64,000 bases of DNA. Origin: Amoeboaphelidium occidentale (taxonomy: Eukaryota). The notes beneath the pieces were generated by a model, which searched no databases, was not told the origin of the DNA, and saw only the letters and a list, made by a program, of their open reading frames with translations. Shown here one piece after another: positions 22,195 through 34,450 of this stretch. The stretch spans positions 1 to 64,000 of the forward strand of contig JALGPX010000033.1 of the NCBI GenBank assembly GCA_023515795.1, written 5' to 3'. Positions within the stretch are counted from its first letter, which is position 1. Each line of letters opens with the position of its first letter. Position numbers and translations under genes: made by a program.

Positions 22195-22479
22195 ATGGAC
22201 TTTGAGGGACAGAAATTAGCAGAGAAACTTTACCACTGGATTTTAAATGGATTTGGGGTATTTTTTTTGGATTTACTTTCGAAGCTGATGATTAACCATG
22301 TGAAGGTTCTGGCATTGCTCGTGGGTTACGGCGCAGAGAATGTTTATTATATGTGGTACACTTTTCTAGCGGGAATAGTGGTCAGCTGTGTTGCATGTGT
22401 ACCACCTTGGCCTTTTTATAGCAAGAACCCGTTACCATGGCAGACTAAAGTCAGTGACTCTGAAAAGAAGAAGAAATAG
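22195..22479 (+). CDS. SPC1: Signal peptidase complex subunit 1 (intron 22258-22305)
   Basis: MDFEGQKLAE...VGY...VPPWPFY.KNPL.W signature; removing a 48-nt GT-AG segment restores the two-TM spacing. Confidence 0.9.
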   Translation: MDFEGQKLAEKLYHWILNGFGVFFLDLLSKLMINHVKVLALLVGYGAENVYYMWYTFLAGIVVSCVACVPPWPFYSKNPLPWQTKVSDSEKKKK

Positions 22480-22676
22480 TTCAGAAATAAAGATTTTTAT
22501 GCTTAAATAGTATCTTTGTGGTATCGCGATAAATGGCAGTTCAAAAGATGTTCAAGATTGTCATTCTCGCTTGTTCTGAAAGAGTTTCCGTGCTACAGCA
22601 TCGTATGCATCTAATCAAAATCTCTAATCAAACTCTAAACTACTCGACATGTTCACGTTTCAAATCGAATACATCT

Positions 22677-25600
22677 TTATTCTTTTATGTCATCCAAAAT
22701 CTTTTCTGTATTAGCCCGTAAAACCTTTTCGAGAATTAACAAGAACTCGTTCTTTTGTTTCTTTTCTGTAAATTCAATTATAAACGTTTCTGTAACTGTT
22801 GTGGCAGAGGTGGCTGTTTGCTCTTGTCCTGTAGGAGATAGAGTCTTCGAGAATGATGATGATGAGCTTTTAGCCAGACCTTGTGTTTGGTTCTTTGTAG
22901 TTGCAGAGTTCATTGACTCTAGGGAAGTTTTTGATGCACTCTCTTTCAAAGTTCCCTCGTTCACGTTACCTGTTTCAGCAGAAACATCTGTCATTGCAGT
23001 TTTTGCCGCTTGATCAAGACTGTCGATGTCTGTGTACATGGCCAGAGAATCCATTGATATCAGCGGAGAATTCTTGGATTCATCTTGTTCTTTTATGTCC
23101 AAAAAACTCTTGGTACTTTGAGAGTTGTTCTGAGAAGGAACATCAGGCAGTGGTTTTGTTGGAATACTGCTCGGCATCTTGGTGATAACACCCTTGTCTT
23201 GAGATGTGATCGCAGTGTCAAAAGTCATTTGTTCCAATAAAGAGGCAAGATTTGGATTGCCAGTAGTTAACGATGCGTTTCGAGGAGTAGGCGAGCGAGA
23301 AGCGATTGTAGAAGCACGTTGAACTTTCTTAACGGCTGGAGACCGACTAATAGCTGCAGGATCGCCAGAGAGATTCCTCTTGACAGTCGCCTTTGAAGAT
23401 TCGCTAGACTCTGAAGCCCTAATCCTTTCCATAGCCAGCTTTTCGATTTCTTCTACCGTTATATCTCCAGATTCGGACACTTTTGCATCTATCGGTAAAT
23501 CTTTCTTTTCTACAGGCATAGAAGAAGCCGGTGTGGACAAGTTCGCAGGACTCGACGCCACACTGTCTGATCGCTTCAGATTTTCATTTGTACTCTTCAT
23601 CGATGACACTGAGGACCGTTTCCCTCGACTGAGTGTCGAAGATACAGCAGCGTTATTTGCCATCGCAAGCTCCGTCCAGAACCGCTTCCTTGTAGAAGCG
23701 CTTTGACCGTCTGAATTATAAAGAATAAGTTTCACCAAATTTTTCATATTTGCAGTATTTCTGGAGGAGCCGCTTCCATTAGACCGCGGAGACAGTAAAT
23801 CTTCTTCGATATCAACGCATTCAATGTCCTTTAGCCAGCTCAGTCTAAAAAGTGCAAGCTTTTCTTTTTTCGAACTAGAATCATGTCCACTTCCGAGTGA
23901 AATACTATTCATGTATTTAGAAATAGATTTCTCTTTCTTCTTTTTTGACTTTGGTTTGGCAAACATGATCAAATCGGTGAATAAGAATATCCGAACAATA
24001 GAAACAGATGTCTCCGCAGCCAGATTAAGCGCTGGCATAGTAGGAACAACAGATATTCCGGATATAGTGACAGGACTTAGAGCAAGATGTGAATAGTCCT
24101 TTGTTACGTCGTTGGAATCGACTTCAAAAAGAATTCTTCGTTGCGCTGATATTATTGTTGGCGGACAATCTTCAACACTTCGCACAACATGAAACATCCT
24201 GGTCATTTCTTCTTCCCTTCTTTTCACTTCGTTCACTGTATTTGCGAGCTGGCGCATTTCATCTAATGCAGCGACAATATTAGCATAATCAGGGTGATCA
24301 TTTGGGGTATGCTTTTTCAAATCTAAGACGTAAGATGGCTTAAAAATAATAATCTAACCTTGAAGAAGCAATACATATCGAGTTACACGTTGAACAGGTA
24401 AAATCAAAAAGTCGCTAATACCTTGTTTTTGACATTCTTTGCTTTTGAGACAATCTAAAATGAACTGTCTGTAACTCGCGCTATTTTCCTCGCTTCGCCG
24501 GACGGCTTCTTTTGCTGCAGAGTAGTTATCGACGAACTTCAAGTAAACGCTAAAATGCTTGATCTAAGAGATAAGAGTCGCCGCAGCAGAATCTTACATG
24601 ACTAATGAACAATTCTCCGATACTTTTCGGTTCAGGATCTCCATCCTTTTTCTCGTAATTCTCTTCTTTTTGTAACTCCCAAATATGTTCGCTTTCTTCC
24701 CAGTTCTGAACGACAACTTCTAGTTCTTTCGCAAATTCTTTGTTGAACTCCCATAAATCGTCGATGCCTCCAAAAATGAGCTTGATATCGACCATAGGAA
24801 TAATTGCTGTGTGCTTTGAATGATGTCCATGAACTGAGTCGTGCCTATGTAAGCCAGTTGAACCAATATCATTGACCGAAGTAAACATGGTGCTATTTCC
24901 AACGCCAGAGGTAGTAGATCCGAGTTTTTCTCTGTCTCCCTGAGCAGCTTTTAACAATGGAGCTTTGAATTGATTTAAGACTATTTCAAGATTTGTAACA
25001 TAGTTTTTCTCAGTAGAAAGCAATTCCCCTAAGATGTACTTTCGCACTTCCACATACTTTTTTCTTTTTTCGGGAGATATCATAGCTGTAGATGGAAGTC
25101 CTTGTCCAACAGCGACATCTGGAGCAGGTTGAGATGTAACAACCTGAACGCCTTGAGTAGTATTCGCGGAGACAGAACGTCCCAATGTGACACTACGACC
25201 TTTCGGTATTGTAGAAATCTCTGGTAATGTAGGACTCAGTTCATCTGGTGACGTGGGAACAGCTTCTAATGATTCAAAATATGGAGAATCACCAAGAATT
25301 GTGTTCTGAGAAGGAGGTGTAAATGTGCCAAGGAAAGCATCAGACTTTGGAGGCGAACTACTCTCAACAAGATCCGATTCACTATCTCCACCTTTAATAC
25401 TAACCGATAGTCCAGTCTTTGTCCGATTACTACTTTTACTGTTGTTCCCACTGTGTGTAAGCTTCCAATTACGCCCGAGTGTTATCCGGCGCTTCAAATC
25501 GGAATACATTGATGACGCAGTTGTAGCAATAGATGACTTATCATGGCTGACGTTCGATGCGATTTCGCTCTGATCCTCATTCATGGAATTCATAGAATGA

Positions 25601-26094
25601 CCCGATATTGCCCTCTTAAGTGCATTCAGAACCGTCAATCGTTCGACTTCTGATGGACTGTCGCTAGAAGCTGAACTAGAATTGGTTTCCTCTGGAACAA
25701 CAGAATCCATAAGGATACTAACGTGTGTCCTTCCAGCTCCTGTAGCGTATCCATCCTCTGACTTGGTGCCTCGAACAAATCCTCCAAACCATTTCTTCTT
25801 TGATGAACTTGTAGTGACTGAAGATGTATCTGATGCTGCCGTAGTAGATTCTTTTAGCGCCTTTGCCAGGGCTTCCTGAGCGATAAGATCAGCTTCCTGG
25901 CTTTCAGGCGGAGAGCCAGTTAGAGAGGATGATCTAGGCGGTGCAGTTCGCTTGGAAGGGTTGCTCGCTGATTGTCCGGGCGATGGAGGTCTAGACGATG
26001 ATTTTTGTTCATCCAAGTCGTAATGTAAGTTCTCTTGTGATGTACCATCTTTTGTGGGTATAGGCGGAGGAGGTGAATCTGTTTTTGATGCCAT
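22677..26094 (-). CDS. DH-PH RhoGEF, ECT2-like catalytic module (introns 24564-24597, 24323-24358)
   Basis: ELLSTEKNYV, LILPVQRVTRY.LLL, KHTP.DHPDY, VNEVKR, VEDCPPTIISAQR, IFLFTDLI. Confidence 0.9.
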
Positions 26095-26267
26095 TAGGAA
26101 TGCGATATCAATTTTGAGTTGCTAACAGTCCACAGTATACAAAAATAACTAAATTTATCAAAACTAATCCTCAATGTCGTTTTTCACTATCCACCGGTGA
26201 TGTAGAGCGTCACTGAGGAAGAGTGCGTTGTGGTTGAAAAAGATCAGCGCGCAGAGCTTTTTCCATT

Positions 26268-29200
26268 ATGACGGTAATTCAGCACAATTTGGTTGAAGTT
26301 TTAAGGCAGGTCTTGTCACCTGATGCCGAAATAAGGAAAGTTGCCAGCAATACTTTATTGGCTATGGAGCAACAGCAGCCTGATATTGCCATGTCGCTTC
26401 TGCAGTTGATTGCATCGAGACAACTTGCGACTGCAGAACGACAATTGGCTGCTTTAACTCTTAAAAATTACGTAGACACGCACTGGAGCCAAGAAGATTG
26501 TGGAGAGAATTTCAAAGGACCAGAGCCGCCAATGGAAGTTAAGCAAGCTGTGAGGCAGAATATTCTTGGGATGCTTTCTGAATCTGAGCACAAAATTAGA
26601 GTCGCATTGGCTTATTGTGTTTCTAGAATTGCTCATTATGATTATCCGGAGATGTGGCCCTCTTTTACTCACGAAATTCTGGAGCTGACAAAATCCTCTG
26701 ATGCGAATGTGGTCGATGGCGCTGTTAATGTTTTGCAAGATTTCGTTAGTGAAGATTTAAGTGACGAACAGTTTCCTCAAATAGCTCCCGTTCTCTTCCA
26801 AGAATTATTCAGAGTGTTTTCTGGTGGCCATTTGTCTACACGAATTGCTGCTCTTACTGTTTTCCGTAATGCTTTGGAACTGTTGTACATGATGAGCTCA
26901 AGAATGAAGGAAGCATGTGATGCTTTTCTAGTACAAGTATGTCAGGAATGGCTGCCTGCATTCAAGAGAATTATGGATCGTACTGCTTCAGCTGGATTCT
27001 CATCGAGATTTGATGTTGTCCTCGTTGCAGAGATATCAAAGTGTTTGGCACAGATGTTTGAACAGTTCAAGCATGTCACTTCTACGCACGCTGGAGGTTT
27101 TGTTGATAATACAATCAATTTGACCTTCAAACTTGTTGACGTTTTTATTGCTGAACAAGTGCAAGACAAGACAGTTTTCGCTGATGATGCAGAAGAAGCA
27201 CTTTCCGGAGTTTCAACTTGCACTCGTGTAGACTATGCTTTGTATGCATTTTATGAATTCATATTGATTTTATGCAAAGTTAAGAAAGTTAGAGCGACTA
27301 TTGTCAAACCAGATTCAGTGCTCTTCAAGGAATTAATCCGAAAAGTGATTCTGTCATTGCAAGTAACTATCGAGGATAGCGACTCATGGGAGAGTGATCC
27401 TAATCAATTCGTTGCTGATGAAGATGATGAAACCTTTTCCATGAGTTTAAGAATTGCAGCAGATCAATTGATAACGTCTTTGGTAGATCTGGATCCCAAA
27501 GTTTGTGTTTCTTTAGTTTCCACGACTGTGCAAGAGATCATTTCCTCTTCATTATCTAATGTTTCGGAAAATTGGAGGCCGTTAGAAGCTTGTTTGTTCT
27601 GCTTGGGCAGAATATCCGATGAAATAATTACAGCAACGCAAGACGGTCAGATGCAGTTCCCTTTTACAGAAATCTTGAGGCTTGTTGTAGATCCGATTAT
27701 TGGAAGCCAAAACAATGCCTTACTAAGAGGCAGATGTATATGGTTTGCCAGCAAATTTGTCAGTATCGCACCTGCTGATGTAAGTAGAAGCTACTTTGAA
27801 GCTGGCGTAAAGGTTCTTATTGCACCTAGAGAACAAATTGCAGTGAAAGTCTTGGCAATCAAATCTTTGCAGAACTACTCTGAGCGCATGGATTCAACCT
27901 CCGTTAGTCCTTATATTCAGTCTATACTGCAATCGCTTTCTGAATTAGCCTTGGTTGCATCCGAAGAATTCTTGATCCTCATTATGGAAACTTTGAGTTT
28001 GTTGGTGAATGCTCCGAACTTGGAAGCATTATCTCCTTTCGCTCACGGACTAGTCTCGCTTGTTGTCCAGGTTTGGACTAAAAACCCTGCTGATCCTTTG
28101 ATTGTGAGTATTGTCGAAGAGATGTTGGGATCTTTTGTAAGTAACGCGGCCTTTCATAAACCCATCCAAGAATTGGTTATGCCTGTTTTGATTGATTGCG
28201 TTCTCGAGCGGGACGTTAACGAACAGGGAAGTCTGATTGCTACAGCCTTGGATATTGTAACTGAATTGCTAGCTCGCGCAGAACCTTCTGTTGCAGAAAG
28301 CCTTGCGATGATGACTTACTTGCCAGTGATGAAGCTTTTGCTATCAAGAGATATGGAAGATTCTGCAATTTTACAGAGCGGCCAACTTTATTTAAGGCAA
28401 GTTGTTGTAAAATGCCTTATGTCCGTCGCTCGATGGAACTTGTCCGAGAATGAAGTTCAGTTGTTTGGTTTAACTGGACCGAAAACGGCTTTAGACTTAT
28501 TTATGATCTTTTTGGAAAGGGCCTTGGATCCTGAAAGAACAACAGAAAGCGGAGCTTTATTTATAGGAGACGTTGTATGGAAAATGGTTCGTGTTGGAGG
28601 TGATTCAATGAATCCAATTTTGCCTTCTTTAGTCACAGCAGTAATCAGGCGTATGGAGCAAAGCAAAACAAGCTCTGTTATTCAATCTCTTGTTATTGCA
28701 GTTGCGCAACTTATTTTGAAAGATTCTGTTGCTACTTTGAATGTTTTGAAGGCTGTTAACATTGAGGGTAAGTCAGGCCTGGACATTCTTCTGGACTCCT
28801 GGAGTGATAATTTCGAATACTTCCATGGACATTTTGCTATGAAACTGAATGTGTCTGCCTTAACTCAAATGCTTCTATTAAATGATGATGCCATAAATAA
28901 CAAAATGGTGAAGGACAAGGAAATTATTGATCAAAACAGCACTGAGATTCTTACACGCTCCAAAGCAAAGAAAAGGCCGATCCAGTTTTCATACATTAAA
29001 TTCCCTCTAAAAGCACTTCAGTCGCTTGTTACTCAACTGAAGTATGACCACGATGCAGAGATAAACGAATCCTTGGTAAAAGCTGCTGCCTCAGGAAACA
29101 CTAGTTTCGATCACGATGTTGATGATAGCGGAGAGTGGGAAGATGAAGGCGGTCTGATGTTAGACGAGGCATATGCTTTGGGCAATGCATTAAATGATGA

Positions 29201-29378
29201 AGATACTTTACTTGAAGACGACGAAGAACTGAAGAATGATCCGTTGTATCAGCTAGATACCAAGAAGTTTTTATGTGACTTCTTTGTTCACGTCAGGCAA
29301 CAAGATCCTTCCATTTTCCAAACCTTACCACAAGAAGATGTGCGTAATCTAGCTTTGATAGATGCAAGGTTGCGTTAG
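26268..29378 (+). CDS. IPO9: Importin-9 (Kap114 family)
   Basis: IBN_N domain (RQLAALTLKNYVDTHW), DYPEMWP, WESDPNQFVADED, TRSKAK, acidic loop, DPLYQLD. Confidence 0.9.
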   Translation: MTVIQHNLVEVLRQVLSPDAEIRKVASNTLLAMEQQQPDIAMSLLQLIASRQLATAERQLAALTLKNYVDTHWSQEDCGENFKGPEPPMEVKQAVRQNILGMLSESEHKIRVALAYCVSRIAHYDYPEMWPSFTHEILELTKSSDANVVDGAVNVLQDFVSEDLSDEQFPQIAPVLFQELFRVFSGGHLSTRIAALTVFRNALELLYMMSSRMKEACDAFLVQVCQEWLPAFKRIMDRTASAGFSSRFDVVLVAEISKCLAQMFEQFKHVTSTHAGGFVDNTINLTFKLVDVFIAEQVQDKTVFADDAEEALSGVSTCTRVDYALYAFYEFILILCKVKKVRATIVKPDSVLFKELIRKVILSLQVTIEDSDSWESDPNQFVADEDDETFSMSLRIAADQLITSLVDLDPKVCVSLVSTTVQEIISSSLSNVSENWRPLEACLFCLGRISDEIITATQDGQMQFPFTEILRLVVDPIIGSQNNALLRGRCIWFASKFVSIAPADVSRSYFEAGVKVLIAPREQIAVKVLAIKSLQNYSERMDSTSVSPYIQSILQSLSELALVASEEFLILIMETLSLLVNAPNLEALSPFAHGLVSLVVQVWTKNPADPLIVSIVEEMLGSFVSNAAFHKPIQELVMPVLIDCVLERDVNEQGSLIATALDIVTELLARAEPSVAESLAMMTYLPVMKLLLSRDMEDSAILQSGQLYLRQVVVKCLMSVARWNLSENEVQLFGLTGPKTALDLFMIFLERALDPERTTESGALFIGDVVWKMVRVGGDSMNPILPSLVTAVIRRMEQSKTSSVIQSLVIAVAQLILKDSVATLNVLKAVNIEGKSGLDILLDSWSDNFEYFHGHFAMKLNVSALTQMLLLNDDAINNKMVKDKEIIDQNSTEILTRSKAKKRPIQFSYIKFPLKALQSLVTQLKYDHDAEINESLVKAAASGNTSFDHDVDDSGEWEDEGGLMLDEAYALGNALNDEDTLLEDDEELKNDPLYQLDTKKFLCDFFVHVRQQDPSIFQTLPQEDVRNLALIDARLR

Positions 29379-29427
29379 TGATAATAGTTTTCCTTAAATG
29401 GTTGTTGAATTCCGTTGTTTGAGCGAA

Positions 29428-30649
<1,222 letters not shown>

Positions 30650-30742
30650 AAAGCCGTTAACTTACCAGCAGAAAACATGTAATTACGACTATGTGATAAT
30701 CAAATTTACTCAAAGATAAAGATTTTATTTCTTCAATTCAAT

Positions 30743-31138
30743 TTACATCATCGTGAAAATCGCTGCAACGCCAAATACAGCCAAACCAGCACCATTCTTA
30801 TAACTTGTCATTTTGGAGCCGTTGTTACTGTTACCGTTAAGTGAAACAACTGGTTTTGATGTTTCACCAGGATTAACGTCTGGCGGAGGTACAACCTGTT
30901 TAGGAGGCAAAACAGACTTTGGGTCATTGATTATTCTTGCAACAGTTCCAGCCGTGTCATTTCCACCATCGACAACAATTATAGGCGGTCTCTTGGCTAA
31001 TTTCTCGCCTTTTGGGCCAAGACGACGCGGTGCAGCCCCAGCTTCAGAATCAGGATCAACTTGAGGCGCGGTCAAGATGGTTTGAAACAGCAAAACTGCA
31101 GCCAATAAAACAATAATTAACAAATTTCTAGAAAACAT
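30743..31138 (-). CDS. Small secreted, probably GPI-anchored protein
   Basis: Signal peptide, Pro/Ser/Asn-rich body, hydrophobic C-terminus. Confidence 0.7.
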   Translation of the reverse strand: MFSRNLLIIVLLAAVLLFQTILTAPQVDPDSEAGAAPRRLGPKGEKLAKRPPIIVVDGGNDTAGTVARIINDPKSVLPPKQVVPPPDVNPGETSKPVVSLNGNSNNGSKMTSYKNGAGLAVFGVAAIFTMM

Positions 31139-31340
31139 TTATCTATCTAATTAGTGTATGTTACAACTAAGAAAACATGAATTATTGTCTTTGTGTCGCA
31201 CTGAAGTGTGCGAATCATGAGCACAATACGGTGGCCAAGAAAGCACAAGAATATGTGATCACGTTGTTACACCATCTGTGCACTGGATCGCTGTGTAATT
31301 ATCAGCTGCGTAGACGGGAAATGCGATTATGCTAATGACT

Positions 31341-31393
31341 ACGATCTAAGATCAATTGACAATCAGCTAAGATCTCCTTCAGATCAAGATCTT
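31341..31393. promoter_or_regulatory. Cluster of 5 GATC/AGATCT sites upstream of a secreted-peptide gene
   Basis: GATC at 31343, 31350, 31371, 31382 and 31388. Confidence 0.5.
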
Positions 31394-31448
31394 ATCTTTC
31401 GCATAAAAGGCTAGTAATTCTACACTGACTATTATTTTTTGTCTCCAC

Positions 31449-31667
31449 ATGAAACTTTTAAATTCAGTATTGCTTATTCTGTTCGTCCTGTTCGCGCTTG
31501 CCAATTGTTCTCCTAATGACCTGAGCGGAAGATGTTCAAGTTGTTCGAAACAGAATCAAACTGCACCTGTTACCCCACCTTCACATCATTCCGATACAAA
31601 ACCATGTGGCTGCAAGAAAAAAGATCACGGACTTGAAGTTAAGCCAGCATACCCTGTTGCAGCTTAA
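31449..31667 (+). CDS. Small secreted Cys-containing peptide
   Basis: Signal peptide MKLLNSVLLILFVLFALANC; CSSC and CGC motifs; AATAAA downstream. Confidence 0.65.
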   Translation: MKLLNSVLLILFVLFALANCSPNDLSGRCSSCSKQNQTAPVTPPSHHSDTKPCGCKKKDHGLEVKPAYPVAA

Positions 31668-31728
31668 CTGAATTTTCGTGATGCTACTAGAGATTTAAAA
31701 TTTGATAAATAAATAGCGTATATTTAGT

Positions 31729-33393
31729 TTACGACTGGTTGTAAAAGAAGGGAAAGAACTGCATACGCCCATTGCTCCATGATATAAGTGCTAACTCGCC
31801 TTCAACTGAACTTTCATTTTGAAATTGCAGAAATTCAGCTTGTGGCGGCATTGAAGTCGTAGATTCCCATTCTTCCATTGTCATTGGTAACGGTCCATGA
31901 ATGTAACCTAAGTTAAGAAATATGTCACTTGATAATCCAAGTCTTGAGTTGAACTGTGTTTGAAACACGGAAATGTATTCAGAACCATTCATGAACTCAT
32001 CTTGTTCGAATGAAACCAATAATCTTCCTCCTGAAGGACTAAGAACCATATTGCGAATTTTCCCATTAATTCTTAGAGTTTCATTTTCTCTTTCGAATAT
32101 TTCTGGTTGAAGGATGTGGACGCAGTGAACATCAAACTGGACTGAAGGAAACACTTTGACCAATTGTACACTATGAATTTCACACTTATCCTTCAGCGTA
32201 AATAAGCCGCCAGAATTATCAGGGAACCAGTTAAAATTTTTGACATCAGTATCATATTCCACGAAACGATCTTTCCAAGTACTGGTCTCAATTATTCTCA
32301 ATTTTGGGCCTTGGCACAGCGCGATGTACAAACCGTCTGGACTAAAATGAATTTCCTGTGTGTACTTGGCCCTTCTCTTCAGTAAAATTCCAGGCCCTTC
32401 ATCAACCATGGAAAAGATATAAACGTTTCCATTATCATGACTTCCTGAAACGATAAATCTTCCGTCTGGAGACCATTGGATACAAGACACATTCTGAAGC
32501 GATGGACAATCTAACTTTACAGTCTTGAGATCTTTCAAAGCTGATAAATGAGATTTATCTTTCACATTTCCATGATCTTGATGTTTCCTAGTTGCAGGAA
32601 GACTTACATGGCCCAAGTAAACACCAGTCGCACAACCCACAACTAATTCATCATCTGAAGTTGGATTCCAGTCTAAACATGTAATTCCAACCAGATTCTT
32701 TTCATGTAAATATGATCGCAACCAAGTCTTTCCTTCATAATCATAAACGTAAACAGCATTTTGACGATGTGCAACAGCGAAAACATTCCGTTTCTGATGC
32801 CACTTGACAGCAACTACAGGACCTTCGACATTCAAAGGAGGCTCCACAAGCAAAGGCTTCTTGGCCAAGAAATAATTATAAAAGCTTTCGGCGTAGGCCA
32901 CAACTAAGTCTGCCCTCTGTTTGTCACCCAAAACATTTAATAAACCGCTATAGATTTTATCGCCGCCTGCTTTAAGTAGCATCCCTAACTTGGCCAATAC
33001 AATTGCCCGTGGGTTACTTGTATCAATAGAATCCGATTTAACGCCATGAACAGGAACAGTAGGCAAAGTAGTAGGTCTTTTAACGTGCGAATCCGCTTCA
33101 CTTTCTGGTTTACCCCCAACAGAATTCAAATCGACATTTAAGGGAATCGTAATGTTCTGCCAAATGTCTGTATTTCCGGTAAACTCTACCAGTTGCTCCG
33201 CTTCAGCTGCTGAGCTGCAAGTTCCTTTAAGTAAATTCAGTTTCTCTTGCAGAAGGACTTACGAAGAATTGCGAAATGCTCAAATATTGTCCACGAATTA
33301 TTAGCAGGAGGATCTCTTAAACGCTCTATACTCAGTTAATGAGAAGTTAAGTGGTAAAACTTTACGACCAGAGTTTCGGCTCAAAAAGCTCAT
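31729..33393 (-). CDS. AAAS: Aladin-like WD40 nucleoporin (introns 33326-33365, 33225-33262)
   Basis: Spliced N-terminus DPPANNSWTIFEH resembles Aladin PPPRGQVTLYEH; KWHQ...FAVA...VYVY, LDWNP...LVVGCATGV, SPSGGRLLVSF, SWSNGRMQFFP. Confidence 0.75.
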
Positions 33394-33489
33394 CAAATCA
33401 CAAATGAAAGTTTCAGAAGAGAGTACAGTACTTCATAGAAGCGTACACACCCATAAAGCGCTCTGTCAACTCCGGCGACTATTTCACGA

Positions 33490-33585
33490 GCGATCTAGTA
33501 CGAATCGGGTGCTAAGATCTTTGCTCAAAGAGATCTTAGATCTTTACACCTGATTGGTTCATACTTCTGCACACATCTTGATCAA
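33490..33585. promoter_or_regulatory. Cluster of 5 GATC/AGATCT sites upstream of the Gly/Tyr-rich secreted gene
   Basis: GATC at 33492, 33516, 33532, 33539 and 33580. Confidence 0.5.
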
Positions 33586-33637
33586 CAGAATTTAAATAGC
33601 AGTCCACGCGCACAGACTTTCTTTAGTTACTCTTCAT

Positions 33638-34210
33638 ATGAAACTGAGAATTTTTAGTTTCGTGGCATTAATATTTGCCTCGAATTTCTATTGCGCTCCT
33701 GTTGAGAGTGAAACAGAGATCAGCCTGGCAAAGCGCGAAGCGAGCGATGATTTGTTAGAACCTATAAAAACAACAGAACTAGAAAAGAGACAGTATGGTG
33801 GCTATTATGGTGGTGGCTACTCAGGAGGATATGCTGGTGAAATGATTCCTGGCGGTCTTGGACTTGATGGTATGGGGTATGGTGGTATTCCTTACGGTGG
33901 TATCGGCTATGGTGGTATCGGCTATGGTGGCTATGCTGATTACGGTTTGAGCCCATTCATGACTCCAGGTGGTGGAATACTGACAAGTGGTGATGTTATA
34001 CAAACCATGCATGGTCCCGTTTTGAGGACGATTGCCAAAAGGCCTAGACCAGTGGCTCCCGCAATAGCTCCTGCAATCGCACCCGCTCACGGCGTGGTCG
34101 CTGCAACATCTGCAGGGCCTATCCCGCTCTCCTCTGGATTCAGAAACTTGCCTACCACACACTATGGTACTCTATTAGCTGCAATAACGCTCGCAATGTT
34201 TTTAGCGTGA
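33638..34210 (+). CDS. Secreted Gly/Tyr-rich protein with Kex2 sites and GPI-like tail
   Basis: Signal peptide, LAKR and LEKR sites, (G)YGG repeats, PAIA repeats, hydrophobic C-terminus. Confidence 0.8.
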   Translation: MKLRIFSFVALIFASNFYCAPVESETEISLAKREASDDLLEPIKTTELEKRQYGGYYGGGYSGGYAGEMIPGGLGLDGMGYGGIPYGGIGYGGIGYGGYADYGLSPFMTPGGGILTSGDVIQTMHGPVLRTIAKRPRPVAPAIAPAIAPAHGVVAATSAGPIPLSSGFRNLPTTHYGTLLAAITLAMFLA

Positions 34211-34450
34211 GCGAACATCTCACAGAGCCAACTTACAATACATAATAAAATCAATTAGAATTTAATTAGTTTTAAGTCTTGGAATGGCTCATATCATCAA
34301 GATCTTTGTTGAAGTAGAGTCTAGTTTCAATGTGACCATAACATGAAACAAGGCATTTCTGAAGACAGATATATGTTCAAATAAGCGATTTTTCAAACGC
34401 ACTTAATCCAAAGCTATGCTTATTGCCTCTAAGTGTATTGTTTCTGCCGC

